Below, in pieces: positions 1 to 9,393 of a DNA stretch of 49,061 nucleotides. The notes under the pieces are model-generated. The model was not told where the DNA came from, did not search any database, and saw only the letters and a list, made by a program, of their open reading frames with translations. Source of the stretch: an uncultured Thermotogae bacterium (GTDB lineage Bacteria > Bipolaricaulota > Bipolaricaulia > M55B111); assembly GCA_964645955.1 (NCBI GenBank), contig CAZYCI010000001.1:6688-55748 (forward strand), written 5' to 3'. Both the position numbers and the translations under genes were made by a program. How positions within the stretch are numbered: position 1 is the first letter of the stretch; each line of letters begins with the position of its first letter.

Positions 1-1110
1 CAGTACGAAGCGGGGATGACCAGTAAGATAAAGACCAGCCGGGGCGAGACGGGTTTCAGCTTTCAGCTGGATTTCGATCCAGGTACGCAAAGGGGTTCAA
101 CGCCCGCTCCACCGGTTACCGAAGGCCAGGAATTTACCTTCAACCGGTTGGAACTCTGGTCCTCAGGTAGCAGCCATACGATAAGCTACCTGAAAGTATC
201 TCAGTGGCGAGATAATTATCGTCTGGTGCCGGCAATCGCCGGCGGGGAACTGGGTCGGGGGCAAAAGTTGGATAGGCTCGTACGTGATAACCTGGGAGTT
301 GCAGGACTCAACGCCAACTTTTTTGATCCGTCTACCTACTACCCCGTAGGTTTGGTGGTAAAGGACGGTAAATTGCTGTCGAAAAACTGGGGGAACAGAG
401 CCGCACTCGGAATAGATTATTTCGGGCGCCTGAAGTTCTTTCGACCGGAAGTCGACCTGTTTCTCGATACTCCCGGTCGCAGGATCGCAATCGACGGTTT
501 GAACCGGCCGCCAGGGGAGGACGAGCTGGTCGTTTATACTTCTGAATACGGCCGGGACCTTCCTTCCACGAGTGGTGCTATCTACATTAAACTTGAAGCC
601 GGTGAGATCAACTATCGTGCTTCCGTTCCGCCCGGTTCTCTTGCGGATGAGGAAGCCCTAATAATAGCTACTGGTTCATCACGGGTTAAACTAGACGGGC
701 TCAGCAGAGGGGACGAGGCCGAGTACAACTGGGATATGGAGCCGTTCGTCCCGTTGTTGCGAGGGGCGGTAAGTGCGGGGCCTCTTTTGATAAAGAACGG
801 CCGTAACGCACTTGCACTGGAAGCGGAGGATTTTACCAGAGGTAGCGGACTCGTTCAGTCAAATGCCAGGCGAACGGTGCTGGCCACCACGAACGAGGGA
901 GAGATACTGTTCCTGGTTATTTCTAATGGTGGAATCGGTCTGGACGAATTACCGTCACTTCTTCTCGAATCAGGGTTGAATATTGAAAACGCCATCGCTT
1001 TTGACGGCGGCTCCTCGGCCGGGCTGATCTATCGCGATGGGGTAACCATGGAATCAGTTGGTGGTAACAGACGGGTTCCTGTCGGGCTCGTGTTAGTTTC
1101 ACAATCCTGA
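1..1110 (+). CDS. Phosphodiester glycosidase family protein (DUF2233/NAGPA-like), probably 5'-truncated by the window edge
   Basis: ORF 16..1110. The frame stays open back to nt 1 and the listed N-terminus has no signal peptide. Family-like motifs are GLNANFFD, GPLLIKNG, RRTVLATT and AIAFDGGSSAGLIY near the C-terminus. Confidence 0.6.
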   Translation, partial: QYEAGMTSKIKTSRGETGFSFQLDFDPGTQRGSTPAPPVTEGQEFTFNRLELWSSGSSHTISYLKVSQWRDNYRLVPAIAGGELGRGQKLDRLVRDNLGVAGLNANFFDPSTYYPVGLVVKDGKLLSKNWGNRAALGIDYFGRLKFFRPEVDLFLDTPGRRIAIDGLNRPPGEDELVVYTSEYGRDLPSTSGAIYIKLEAGEINYRASVPPGSLADEEALIIATGSSRVKLDGLSRGDEAEYNWDMEPFVPLLRGAVSAGPLLIKNGRNALALEAEDFTRGSGLVQSNARRTVLATTNEGEILFLVISNGGIGLDELPSLLLESGLNIENAIAFDGGSSAGLIYRDGVTMESVGGNRRVPVGLVLVSQS

Positions 1111-2630
1111 TGAAAAGGTTCACCAGGGACGTTGTAATAATCGCGGCGGCAACTGCGGTTTCAAGAGTATTCGGTTTGTTCAGGGACGTAGTGATAGCCG
1201 ATAAGTTCGGCGCCGGCAGAGCTTACGATGCTTACCTTATTGCCTTCTTCGTGCCTCACTTTTTGAGAAGGTTGCTTGCGGAAGGGGCTCTGGCACTTTC
1301 CTTTATTCCAATATATACTGATTACCTGCAGAACGACCCCGTTGAAGCCCGAAAGATGGCTTCGAATGCGCTGAATCTTTCCATGGTTGCTTTCCCGATC
1401 GTGATCGCTATCGGTATCTTTCTCGCTCCCTACTATATTCCCTTTCTCGCCTCGGGATTTTCTCCGGCTCAGCAGGAGCTTACGGTGGAGCTGACGAGGG
1501 TAATATTCCCCTTTATCGGGATAATTGGAATGGCGGCGCTCGTTATGGGGATATTGAAGTCGAAAAAGGATTTTTTCCCCCCCGCTTTTGCGCCGGTCTT
1601 TTTCAACGTGGGAGTCATTGTCGGGGCTCTTCTCCTTGGAAGGTTCTTTGCTCGCCCGATATTCGGTCTGGCCGTCGGCGTGCTTCTGGGTGGGTTTGGC
1701 CAACTGGCTTTTCAACTTCCCTACCTGAAGAAAAACGGTTTTAGCTGGTCAAGTAACTTTTTTCCAATCCATCCCGGTCTTAAGAAGGCCCTCCGGTTGA
1801 TGGCGCCGGTGGTTATTGGTTTGATTGCAATGCAGGTCAATGTAATGGTCGACAACAAGCTGGCTTCTCACCTCGTTCCCGGCTCGGTCTCTTCTCTTCA
1901 GTACGCGACGAGGTTATACCAGCTACCGCTAGGTCTCTTCGCGATTGCGATTTCAACGGCAATATTACCCAGGTTGTCCGGTCTCTGGGCAACGGGTTCG
2001 GAGTCGGATTTTGCGGAAATGTTGAACCGAGGAGTAAAGTTCTCTTTGCTCATAGTAGTTCCAGCGGCTGCCGGACTGTACTTACTGGGGAGGCCTATAG
2101 TCGAGCTACTCTTCGAGCACAGAAGCTTCGTAGCTTCGGATACGGCAAGAACCGTTCACGTGCTCAACTTTTACCTTGTTGGCCTGGTGGGCTATAGTTT
2201 TGTTACGCTATTTTCCCGCGCCTTTTACTCCGTAAAAGACACCGTTACTCCGGTCCTGGTTAGCCTCCTCGCCGTAGGGGTAAACATAGGCCTTGATCTG
2301 GCCCTGGTTGGGCCAATGGAGGTCGGTGGACTCGCTCTGGCTACCGGGGTAAGCGGAATAGTAAACGGGGGAGTGCTACTATCCGTATTTGGCTGGAAAA
2401 CTGGATTGGCCGGGTTCTTGCCGGACTGGAAGTTCCTGGTTCAGGTGATGGCTTCCGTCGTGCTCATGGGAGTGGTTGTTTTCTCCGTCAGGGAGCTGTT
2501 TCCTTGGGGTAGTAACTACTTCCTCGTTCCGGTGGGTGTAATTATCGGTGCGGCTAGTTACTTTGCGGCGGGTTTAGTACTGGGCCTCCGAGAGACCTTC
2601 CTGGAAGAGTTATATGAGATGGGGGATTGA
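1110..2630 (+). CDS. murJ: Lipid II flippase MurJ (MviN family)
   Basis: 506-aa polytopic membrane protein. The N-terminus AAATAVSRVFGLFRDVVIADKFGAGRAYDAYLIAFFVPHFLRRLLAEGAL is the canonical MurJ signature. The start overlaps the upstream stop by 1 nt (TGATG). Confidence 0.9.
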   Translation: MKRFTRDVVIIAAATAVSRVFGLFRDVVIADKFGAGRAYDAYLIAFFVPHFLRRLLAEGALALSFIPIYTDYLQNDPVEARKMASNALNLSMVAFPIVIAIGIFLAPYYIPFLASGFSPAQQELTVELTRVIFPFIGIIGMAALVMGILKSKKDFFPPAFAPVFFNVGVIVGALLLGRFFARPIFGLAVGVLLGGFGQLAFQLPYLKKNGFSWSSNFFPIHPGLKKALRLMAPVVIGLIAMQVNVMVDNKLASHLVPGSVSSLQYATRLYQLPLGLFAIAISTAILPRLSGLWATGSESDFAEMLNRGVKFSLLIVVPAAAGLYLLGRPIVELLFEHRSFVASDTARTVHVLNFYLVGLVGYSFVTLFSRAFYSVKDTVTPVLVSLLAVGVNIGLDLALVGPMEVGGLALATGVSGIVNGGVLLSVFGWKTGLAGFLPDWKFLVQVMASVVLMGVVVFSVRELFPWGSNYFLVPVGVIIGAASYFAAGLVLGLRETFLEELYEMGD

Positions 2631-2661
2631 CGTGACCCCTTCCCTTCGGGTGAAGTTACGT

Positions 2662-3300
2662 CTAGCCTCTTCTATTTATCTCGCCCGGCGTGGAGATGAG
2701 TGATTCCAGTTTGTTTCCTGCTGTCTCCGTTTCGTCTTCGGGTACGTCGTAGTCCTCCTTTACTCGGCCGACGATTCCCTGAACCAGGCGTCGTGAATCA
2801 TCGGTGAAGGCTTCCGCCACTGCTTGCAGCCTGGACGTTCCTTCCTTGAGTGCCTCGCGGGAGATTTTTCCTCCTTCGATCAGGGGCTCCAGCTGTTCCA
2901 TGGCGAAATTGGTAAATTCCGACGTTGCTCCCGGTACCTCGATTGTCTTAAGCTCCTCGGTTAGACCCTCTAGTCCGTTCAGTATTCTCCCGTCCGTAAG
3001 GGTCGTGTCGTCACGGAAGCGATAAAAAATTAAGGTTTCCAGTATTCCCATGGCCTCGATTAACTCTCTATTCTTCTCCTCCAGCAGGTCCTGGTTTTCC
3101 TTGATCCACGCGTCCCTGTAGGGTTCGGCCTGTTTTGATTGCTGGAATTCCTCGTGCTTTTTAAAGTAACGGCAATCCGGGGGACAGCTGATATCTACAG
3201 CTCTGTGTTCGCCACAGCAGATGCTGCAGATCATGCCTCCGAGTGCCGGACATTCGCGCTCGCCTTTTCTTTTACCGTCGTAGACGCATTTTTCGGCCAT
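2662..3300 (-). CDS. Hypothetical Cys-rich (putative metal-binding) protein, last gene of the ftsH-dxr operon
   Basis: 212-aa ORF starting 4 nt after the dxr stop. The N-terminal 45 aa hold 7 Cys plus 1 His (C5,C17,C25,C28,C29,H32,C39,C43). The rest is an acidic, predicted helical region. I recognise no family. Confidence 0.6.
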   Translation of the reverse strand: MAEKCVYDGKRKGERECPALGGMICSICCGEHRAVDISCPPDCRYFKKHEEFQQSKQAEPYRDAWIKENQDLLEEKNRELIEAMGILETLIFYRFRDDTTLTDGRILNGLEGLTEELKTIEVPGATSEFTNFAMEQLEPLIEGGKISREALKEGTSRLQAVAEAFTDDSRRLVQGIVGRVKEDYDVPEDETETAGNKLESLISTPGEINRRG

Positions 3301-3304
3301 CTGG

Positions 3305-4486
3305 TTATTTCACCCCTATTTTACCTTCTTTAACGAACTCCTTGACTTTCCGTCTGGCCCAATTATCTGTGCTTTTTAGCTGGCTTAAACCCGGCTCCTC
3401 GACCGGTTCCAGCTTCTCAAGGACTAATTCCAGTCCCCGCGCTATGTCACCGAACTTTATCCTCTCCGCCAGAAATTCTTCGATAAGACTTTCGTCCGCC
3501 CCGTTGACCGCTGCAGGCCTGTTTCCGCCTTTTTTACCGGCATTTACTACGACCTCGAAGGCCGGATACCGTTCTCCTTCTAGTTCCCTGAATTCGAGTT
3601 TTTCCAGTTTGGTCAGATCCGTCCTTTCGTAATTGTTTTCCCTGCGTCGCGGATACGTAAGTGCGTACTGGATTGGAACTTTCATGTCCGGTTCACCGAG
3701 TTCGCCAACCATCGAGCCGTCTCTGAACTGGACGAGGGAATGCACCACGGACTGGGGGTGGATCACCGGGTCAATTCTTTCGTAAGGCAACCCAAACAAC
3801 CAGTGGGCCTCAATCACTTCTAAACCCTTGTTAACCATTGAAGCGGAGTCGCAGGTTATCCGATTTCCCATATCCCAGTTCGGGTGGTCAAGTGCCTCTT
3901 CCGGTGTAGCGTCGGCAATTTCTTCCAGAGGGGTATGGAGAAACGGTCCCCCTGAGGCGGTAATTACCAGTCGCTCCACTTCGGATTCCTTTCCCGATTC
4001 CAGTGCCTGGAAGATTGCGTTGTGTTCGCTGTCTATCGGTATAAGTGACGTATCGCTGGATTCGAGCTCCCGATTCACCAGTTCCCCTCCGACGACGAGC
4101 GATTCCTTGTTCGCCAGTAGTATTCTTTCCGCCCTTCCGGCAGCGGTAAGGGTCGGCTCCAAACCCAGAAAACCCACGAGAGAGTTTACCAGGGTGGCAC
4201 CTTCGGAAAATTTAGCCAGGTAATTTAGCCCGTCGGTTCCTGTTTTGACTTCCAGTTCTCCCGAATATCCGTTTAATATTTCCTGCCTTTCGCCTTCGCC
4301 ACCGACGGAAACCAGTTCGGGCCTGAACTTCTCGATTTGTTCCAGCAATAATTCAGTGCTGGTTCCGCAGGCGAGGCCCTTTACGTTGAAGTGATCCTGA
4401 TTTGTTTTATTGAGGTGTGAAATGACTTCTAAAGTCTGGGTGCCGATGGAACCCGTGGAGCCCAGTACGACGATATCCTCAGTCAT
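3305..4486 (-). CDS. dxr: 1-deoxy-D-xylulose 5-phosphate reductoisomerase
   Basis: 393 aa. The N-terminal NADPH motif is VVLGSTGSIGTQTLEVI. The conserved blocks LANKESLV, IPIDSEHNAIFQ and HPNWDMG are present. Confidence 0.95.
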   Translation of the reverse strand: MTEDIVVLGSTGSIGTQTLEVISHLNKTNQDHFNVKGLACGTSTELLLEQIEKFRPELVSVGGEGERQEILNGYSGELEVKTGTDGLNYLAKFSEGATLVNSLVGFLGLEPTLTAAGRAERILLANKESLVVGGELVNRELESSDTSLIPIDSEHNAIFQALESGKESEVERLVITASGGPFLHTPLEEIADATPEEALDHPNWDMGNRITCDSASMVNKGLEVIEAHWLFGLPYERIDPVIHPQSVVHSLVQFRDGSMVGELGEPDMKVPIQYALTYPRRRENNYERTDLTKLEKLEFRELEGERYPAFEVVVNAGKKGGNRPAAVNGADESLIEEFLAERIKFGDIARGLELVLEKLEPVEEPGLSQLKSTDNWARRKVKEFVKEGKIGVK

Positions 4487-4495
4487 GGTTAATTC

Positions 4496-6406
4496 CTATG
4501 ATACGCTCGCCGGTAGGGCTGCCTTGTCCAGGATTTCTTCTAGTTCGTCTCCTTCGAGTTCCTCGATTTCAATCAATTTCTCCGCGAGCTCGTTGAGAAC
4601 TTCCTTGTTGTCCCCGAGGATCTTCTTTGCTTTCCCGTGGCAGCTTTCAACTATGCCTCGGATTTCCTTGTCAACGAGGGACGAAACCTCCTCGGAGTGT
4701 TCGTTGCTTTTTACGATTTCTTCACCGAGAAAGACGTTTCCGTTATCCTGCCCAAGATTTATCGGGCCGATCTTTTCGCTCATCCCGTATTCCACTACCA
4801 TTCTTTTCGCTATATCGGTCGCTTTCTTGAAGTCGTCCTGGGCCCCGGTGGTTACCTCTTCATAAACCAGTTCCTCGGCCGTTCTGCCCCCGAGCAAAGT
4901 GGTTAACTTGTCCAGTAACTCGGATTTGGAAACCAGGAACTTTTCCTCAAGCGGTAGTTGAAGCGTAAAGCCAAGTGCGCCGTTACTTCTGGGAATAATT
5001 GAGATCTTATGAACAGGATCGGCGTCCGGTAATAGCTTGCCAATCAGGGCGTGACCGGATTCGTGATAGGCTATCTTCTCCTTTTCGTCGTCGCTAATTG
5101 CCATTCCCTTGCGCTGAACGCCGGCTATGACCCGATCTATAGATTGTTCGAAGTCAGTCATTTCGACCTTTTCCTTTCCTTTTCTGCCGGCCAGCAAAGC
5201 TGCTTCGTTTGCCAGGTTTTCGAGATCGGCACCGACAAAACCCGGCGTTCGACGTGCCAGTACTCCCAGATCCACGTCGTCGGCTATTTCTTTATCCTTT
5301 GTATGGAGGTCAAGGATATCTTTTCGGCCCTCAATATCCGGTGAAGGGACGGTAATCTTCCTGTCAAAACGTCCCGGGCGTAGAAGTGCAGGATCAAGTA
5401 CGTCCGGTCGGTTTGTAGCGGCAAGGATTATGACGCCTTCGTTGGGGTCAAACCCGTCCATCTCCGAAAGCAGCTCGTTTAGCGTTTGCTCCCTTTCGTC
5501 GTGGCCTCCACCCAGACCTGCCCCTCTTTTGCGACCTATAGCGTCGAGTTCGTCGATGAAAATGATGGACGGTGCATTTTCCTTGGCCTTTTCGAACATG
5601 TTCCTTACGCGTGAAGCACCGACTCCGACGAACATTTCTACGAAGTTTGACCCGCTGGTCTGGTAAAAAGGTACGTCGGCTTCCCCGGCAATTGCTCGTG
5701 ACAGTAGCGTCTTACCCGTACCTGGAGCACCGACCAGGATCATTCCTTTCGGAACTTCCGCCCCGAGTTTTTTGAACCTTCCCGGGTTCTTTAAGTACTC
5801 TACTATTTCTTCTACTTCTTCTCTTACCTCCTCCACCCCGGCAAAATCGTCAAAGGATACGTCGGAAAACTCCTTGTTAACCAAGTCCGCCTTGCTTTCA
5901 CCGAAGTTGAGTGCGTTATTGCCCTGCATCCTCCGCATCATGAATACCCAGAGGCCTATTATCAGCAGTACCGGGAGAAGGGAGATCAGTAGCGAAAAGA
6001 ACCAGTTGCTATCCGAGGCTTCCTTAAAAGTTATATTGACACCCTGAGACCTCAGCTTTTCTAGGTAATCGGTGGTCTCGGTCGGTCCTCGCGTTACGAA
6101 AGTTCCACCACTCTTGTAGGTACCGTTGATCATTCCACCTTTTATGGTGACTTCCCTGATTCTTTGGTTTTCCACCTGGCGGAGAAATTCTGTATAACTT
6201 ATTTCGTCCTGGGCGGAAGGGGAATTGAATAGCGTCTGGAACAATATGAGGGATAGTATAATAGCCCCAACTATTAGAGCTATATTGCGAAAGTTATTGT
6301 TGTTATTCGGAAAATTAAATTGGTTTCCCTCGTTTCTATCTTCTTCGTCGCGATCGGGATCTCTATCCTGCCTGAACTCGTTATCGAAATCGTTATCCTC
6401 GTTCAA
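4496..6406 (-). CDS. ftsH: ATP-dependent zinc metalloprotease FtsH
   Basis: 636 aa with two TM helices. Motifs are Walker A GAPGTGKT, Walker B IIFIDELD, the AAA SRH region [19 protein letters not shown] and the zinc site HESGHAL. The start is TTG with SD AGGTGA 6 nt upstream. There is an unusual acidic, Asn-rich N-terminal extension. Confidence 0.95.
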   Translation of the reverse strand: MNEDNDFDNEFRQDRDPDRDEEDRNEGNQFNFPNNNNNFRNIALIVGAIILSLILFQTLFNSPSAQDEISYTEFLRQVENQRIREVTIKGGMINGTYKSGGTFVTRGPTETTDYLEKLRSQGVNITFKEASDSNWFFSLLISLLPVLLIIGLWVFMMRRMQGNNALNFGESKADLVNKEFSDVSFDDFAGVEEVREEVEEIVEYLKNPGRFKKLGAEVPKGMILVGAPGTGKTLLSRAIAGEADVPFYQTSGSNFVEMFVGVGASRVRNMFEKAKENAPSIIFIDELDAIGRKRGAGLGGGHDEREQTLNELLSEMDGFDPNEGVIILAATNRPDVLDPALLRPGRFDRKITVPSPDIEGRKDILDLHTKDKEIADDVDLGVLARRTPGFVGADLENLANEAALLAGRKGKEKVEMTDFEQSIDRVIAGVQRKGMAISDDEKEKIAYHESGHALIGKLLPDADPVHKISIIPRSNGALGFTLQLPLEEKFLVSKSELLDKLTTLLGGRTAEELVYEEVTTGAQDDFKKATDIAKRMVVEYGMSEKIGPINLGQDNGNVFLGEEIVKSNEHSEEVSSLVDKEIRGIVESCHGKAKKILGDNKEVLNELAEKLIEIEELEGDELEEILDKAALPASVS

Positions 6407-6430
6407 TTAAACTCACCTCTCAACTCAGGA

Positions 6431-6459
6431 ATTTTACGATAGGGACTGATTATTCTCAA
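6431..6459 (-). promoter_or_regulatory. Putative sigma70 promoter for ftsH-dxr (TTGAGA-17-TAAAAT on the minus strand)
   Basis: The reverse complement reads TTGAGA ataatcagtccctatcg TAAAAT, about 25 nt upstream of the ftsH SD and TTG start. Confidence 0.45.
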
Positions 6460-6558
6460 GTTTGTAGAACGTTCTGTGGTTCATGCCTACTGGTTAAAAG
6501 AAGAGCCGATCAACTATTATTTTTCGGTGGAAGGCTTCAGCCAAACTGATGTTGATTA

Positions 6559-6634
6559 TGGCAGTCCCGAGGGGATTCGAACCCCTGTCGCCGGGATGAG
6601 AACCCGATATCCTAGGCCGCTAGACGACGGGACC
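6559..6634 (-). tRNA. tRNA-Glu (anticodon CTC), CCA encoded
   Basis: The reverse complement GGTCCCGTCGTCTAGCGGCCTAGGATATCGGGTTCTCATCCCGGCGACAGGGGTTCGAATCCCCTCGGGACTGCCA folds as a cloverleaf. The acceptor stem is 7 bp with G1:U72. The T arm is GGGG-TTCGAAT-CCCC. The anticodon loop TTCTCAT gives CTC. It closely resembles bacterial tRNA-Glu. Confidence 0.85.
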
Positions 6635-6639
6635 ATGTC

Positions 6640-6713
6640 TGGCTGGGAGAGGAGGATTCGAACCTCCACTAACGGGTCCAGAACCCGCCGTCCTACCATT
6701 AGACGATCTCCCA
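6640..6713 (-). tRNA. tRNA-Gln (anticodon CTG), CCA encoded
   Basis: The reverse complement is TGGGAGATCGTCTAATGGTAGGACGGCGGGTTCTGGACCCGTTAGTGGAGGTTCGAATCCTCCTCTCCCAGCCA. The U1:A72 pair is typical of tRNA-Gln. The anticodon loop TTCTGGA gives CTG. The T arm is GGAGG-TTCGAAT-CCTCC. It lies 5 nt from tRNA-Glu. Confidence 0.85.
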
Positions 6714-6727
6714 TTAATGTGCAGGTA

Positions 6728-6755
6728 ATTATACGAAGATACTTTACTAGATCAA
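6728..6755 (-). promoter_or_regulatory. Putative sigma70 promoter for the tRNA-Gln/tRNA-Glu pair (TTGATC-16-TATAAT)
   Basis: The reverse complement reads TTGATC tagtaaagtatcttcg TATAAT. The -10 box ends 14 nt upstream of the mature tRNA-Gln 5' end. Confidence 0.55.
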
Positions 6756-6918
6756 TAGAAAAGTCTGGAAAAGCAACGCCGAATGGCGGGAGCCGAGACG
6801 AGCGATGTTCACGGTCCAAGTGCTCCGTTGTTCCGGCTACCGGGACGCTCCGGGCGGGAAAAATATTCAGCGATGAGCTTGGATATCAACGGTAGCTGGA
6901 TGATTTCCGGTTTTGGTT

Positions 6919-6947
6919 TTGCCACTTGGAGGTTTTTAACCTATAAT
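6919..6947 (+). promoter_or_regulatory. Putative sigma70 promoter for the MEMO-like/yicC/gmk/acpS operon (TTGCCA-17-TATAAT)
   Basis: TTGCCA cttggaggtttttaacc TATAAT, about 40 nt upstream of the ATG at 6989. It is divergent from the tRNA promoter. Confidence 0.55.
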
Positions 6948-6988
6948 TCAACCCTGGCTCAATTCTCAGTTAACGAGGGGTTATTAAA

Positions 6989-7831
6989 ATGAGCAAACAA
7001 TTTGGCCCCGTAGTCGCGGGTAAGTTTTATCCGAAGGAGCGGAGAGAGTTACTGGAAACCATTGAAAGTTGCTATACCGGCCCGCACGGCCCGGGGGAGG
7101 TCCCTGCTCCGGTCGAAGAAGAGCTGGATAAGGACCTGGGGATAGTTGTTCCCCATGCCGGTTACGAGTTTTCCGGTCCGGTCGCGGCCCATGCTTACGG
7201 CTGGCTGGCACGGATTGGAAGGCCTTCGGAAGTAATAATTATTGGTACCAATCATTCAGGGTTCGGACCGCCGGCGGCAATAGCGAAAAAGGGCAAATGG
7301 GTTACACCTCTCGGTGGCGTTGATATAAATGAAGAACTGGCAAAGGAGATAACCAGGAGCAGTTCGGAGATAAGAAACAGGACAACTCCGTTTTCCCGGG
7401 AGCATTCTCTGGAAGTTCAACTGCCCTTCCTCCAGGGTCTCTGGGGTTCGGATTTTTCCTTCGTTCCGATTTGTATCAAAAATCAGGAAAGGAAAACGGC
7501 CGAGGCGGTCGGTAGCACCCTTGAAAAAGTTGCACCGCCGGGAACGCTCGTGATTGCCAGTACGGATTTTTCCCACTACGAACCCGACGGTGTAGCCAGA
7601 GACAAGGACAAAAAAGCAATCGAGGCCATCATCGATATGGAGGTCGGGGAGTTTTACGAGAGGATATCGGAGTACGAGATTTCGATCTGCGGTTACGGAG
7701 CTGTTGCTGCTCTCATGAATTTTGCCGCCAGCCGAGAGTTGAACCCGGAAGAGTTAAAGTACGCCACGTCGGGTGAAGTCTCCGGCTACGGCGAGGAGGT
7801 AGTAGGATACAGTGCCATCGGATTTGAGTGA
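6989..7831 (+). CDS. MEMO1-family protein (AmmeMemoRadiSam system protein B)
   Basis: 280 aa. Family-typical blocks are VVPHAGYEFSGPVAAHAY, IIIGTNH, EHSLEVQLPFLQ, STDFSHY and ICGYGAV. Confidence 0.85.
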   Translation: MSKQFGPVVAGKFYPKERRELLETIESCYTGPHGPGEVPAPVEEELDKDLGIVVPHAGYEFSGPVAAHAYGWLARIGRPSEVIIIGTNHSGFGPPAAIAKKGKWVTPLGGVDINEELAKEITRSSSEIRNRTTPFSREHSLEVQLPFLQGLWGSDFSFVPICIKNQERKTAEAVGSTLEKVAPPGTLVIASTDFSHYEPDGVARDKDKKAIEAIIDMEVGEFYERISEYEISICGYGAVAALMNFAASRELNPEELKYATSGEVSGYGEEVVGYSAIGFE

Positions 7832-7841
7832 GGATAACGCC

Positions 7842-8705
7842 GTGCATTCGATGACGGGGTACGGTGAAGGAAGGGCAGATCTGGACGGCAGGGATGTCGA
7901 AGTAATTATAAGGACGTTCAATCACGACGGGACATCGATAAAGGTTCGCGGTTTGAACGAGGCTCAGGCAATAGCTCACAAAGTAGAAAAATTCGTGAAC
8001 GATTCCTTTTCCCGGGGCAGGATAGAGGTTAAGGTCAAAACGGAAGAAAGTAGCGGGCTTTCGGTGGAAGAGCTGGATCTGGAGGCGATCAAAGGCAGTT
8101 TCAATGGCCTGGCCGATCTGGCGGAGGAGCTCGGGTTAAGCGAACGGCCGGGCCTGCAAGAGCTGATAGAACTTGACCTGTTAAAACAGGAAACTCCCTA
8201 CCGAAATTCCTGGCCCACGGTAAAGGAGGCTTTGAGTCAGGCTACAGAAGAGGTACTGTCAGCGCAGACCAGGGAAGGCGACGCGATCAGGGAGGACCTG
8301 TTAGGTTACTTGAACGATATCGATAAGCGCCTCGGCAGGGCGGAAGAGGCAGTACCCGAGGTAGTCCGGAAGTACAAACAAGATCTCCGTGATAGAATCG
8401 ACGACCTGATGGCCGAGGGTTTTGAGCTGGAAAAGCGCGAACTCGAAAAAGAAGTTGCTAAGTTCGCGGACAAGGTAGATATCAACGAGGAAATTTCCCG
8501 GGCGAGAACGCACGTTGAATCGGCCGAGGAGACGCTGCAAGAAGGTGGGATTATCGGTAAAAAGCTCAAGTTCATTACCCAGGAACTCCAGCGGGAGATC
8601 AATACGCTCGGGGCAAAGTCCAAGGACGGAGCAATTCAGGCGGAAGTTATAGAGATGAAGCTAGCCCTGGAGAAGTTCAAAGAGCAGTCGCGAAATCTAG
8701 CTTGA
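7842..8705 (+). CDS. yicC: YicC family stress-induced protein (endoribonuclease-like)
   Basis: The ORF track starts at GTG 7812, overlapping the upstream gene. YicC proteins begin near the conserved MTGYG motif. GTG 7842 (VHSMTGYG) sits 7 nt after GTGAGGA, and ATG 7851 is an alternative. The C-terminal block GKKLKFITQELQREINTLGAKS is the YicC signature. Confidence 0.85.
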   Translation: MHSMTGYGEGRADLDGRDVEVIIRTFNHDGTSIKVRGLNEAQAIAHKVEKFVNDSFSRGRIEVKVKTEESSGLSVEELDLEAIKGSFNGLADLAEELGLSERPGLQELIELDLLKQETPYRNSWPTVKEALSQATEEVLSAQTREGDAIREDLLGYLNDIDKRLGRAEEAVPEVVRKYKQDLRDRIDDLMAEGFELEKRELEKEVAKFADKVDINEEISRARTHVESAEETLQEGGIIGKKLKFITQELQREINTLGAKSKDGAIQAEVIEMKLALEKFKEQSRNLA

Positions 8706-8779
8706 CCCCGCCGACCTGCTTTCCCCTGATTTGATTTTGTGAGACTGAGACCAAAAATCTGAGAGGAGTTATGGTTTAA

Positions 8780-9379
8780 ATGGGTGCCAGTTCACGTTAC
8801 GAGGAATATAGAAGGGAGAGTATTTTTTTCGTCGTCACCGGTCCTTCCGGCGTGGGTAAGACGACCGTCATGGAAAGCCTGCTGGAGGAGGACGACCGAT
8901 TAACTTATTCGATTTCCCACACGACGCGGGAAGCCAGGCCCGATGAAACCCATGGGGAAGATTACTACTTTGTTGGTGAATCCGAGTTCGAAGATATGCG
9001 CGACCAGGATGGCTTCCTGGAGTGGGCCGAAATTTACGGCGATTACTATGGAACCTCGAAGAAGGAAGTTGTGGCAATTCAGGAGAAAGGGCTCGATCCC
9101 TTTCTGGACATAGACGTTCAGGGGGCCGAACAGTTAAGAAAGGATCCCGAGCTGGAGGCCGTGTTTATTTTTCTCGCTCCTCCGTCGCTGGAAGAGCTGG
9201 AGAGTAGAATTAGGGGACGGGGTGCGGAGAGTCCGGAGACGATGAGAAAGAGATTGCGCGTGGCCGAGGAGGAAATCAACCGGATCCGAGAATTTGATTA
9301 CCTGGTGATCAACGAAGATCTGGGCGAGACGCTTTCCCTTCTCGAATCCATAGTTAAGGCGGAGAGGCTGAAGGTGTAA
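8780..9379 (+). CDS. gmk: Guanylate kinase
   Basis: 199 aa. Motifs are the P-loop GPSGVGKTT, SHTTREARPDE.HG.DYYF and EWAEIYGDYYGT. No rpoZ follows it here. Confidence 0.95.
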   Translation: MGASSRYEEYRRESIFFVVTGPSGVGKTTVMESLLEEDDRLTYSISHTTREARPDETHGEDYYFVGESEFEDMRDQDGFLEWAEIYGDYYGTSKKEVVAIQEKGLDPFLDIDVQGAEQLRKDPELEAVFIFLAPPSLEELESRIRGRGAESPETMRKRLRVAEEEINRIREFDYLVINEDLGETLSLLESIVKAERLKV

Positions 9380-9393
9380 AAAGGGGGTTCCAG

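Noticed and set aside
2631-2661. A small hairpin (around CCCTTCGGG) between the convergent murJ and Cys-rich ORF as a bidirectional terminator.
   Set aside because: The stem is only 3-6 bp with mismatches and there are no flanking U/A tracts. It is much weaker than the clear terminator at 44265-44294.
5127-5666. Long antisense ORFs opposite well-supported genes. Examples are 5127..5666(+) in ftsH, 1161..1715(-) in murJ, 3243..3632(+) and 3828..4223(+) in dxr, 12873..13340(+) in cmk, 24389..24709(-) in rpoC and 42952..43332(-) in rpoA.
   Set aside because: Their products are low-complexity Ser/Arg/Pro-rich translations with no motifs and no SD or start context. They are fully embedded in genes with strong family signatures. 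These are typical shadow ORFs of Glu/Asp-rich (GAA/GAG/GAC) coding sequence.
6476-6895. The 139-aa (+) and 87-aa (-) ORFs spanning 6476..6895.
   Set aside because: They run straight through the tRNA-Glu and tRNA-Gln genes and their promoter. The tRNA cloverleaves explain the sequence.
6989-7831. The MEMO-like (AmmeMemoRadiSam system protein B) gene lacks adjacent AMMECR1 and radical-SAM partners.
   Set aside because: Stand-alone MEMO-family genes are common. The partners may be elsewhere, and nothing in the sequence itself is unusual.
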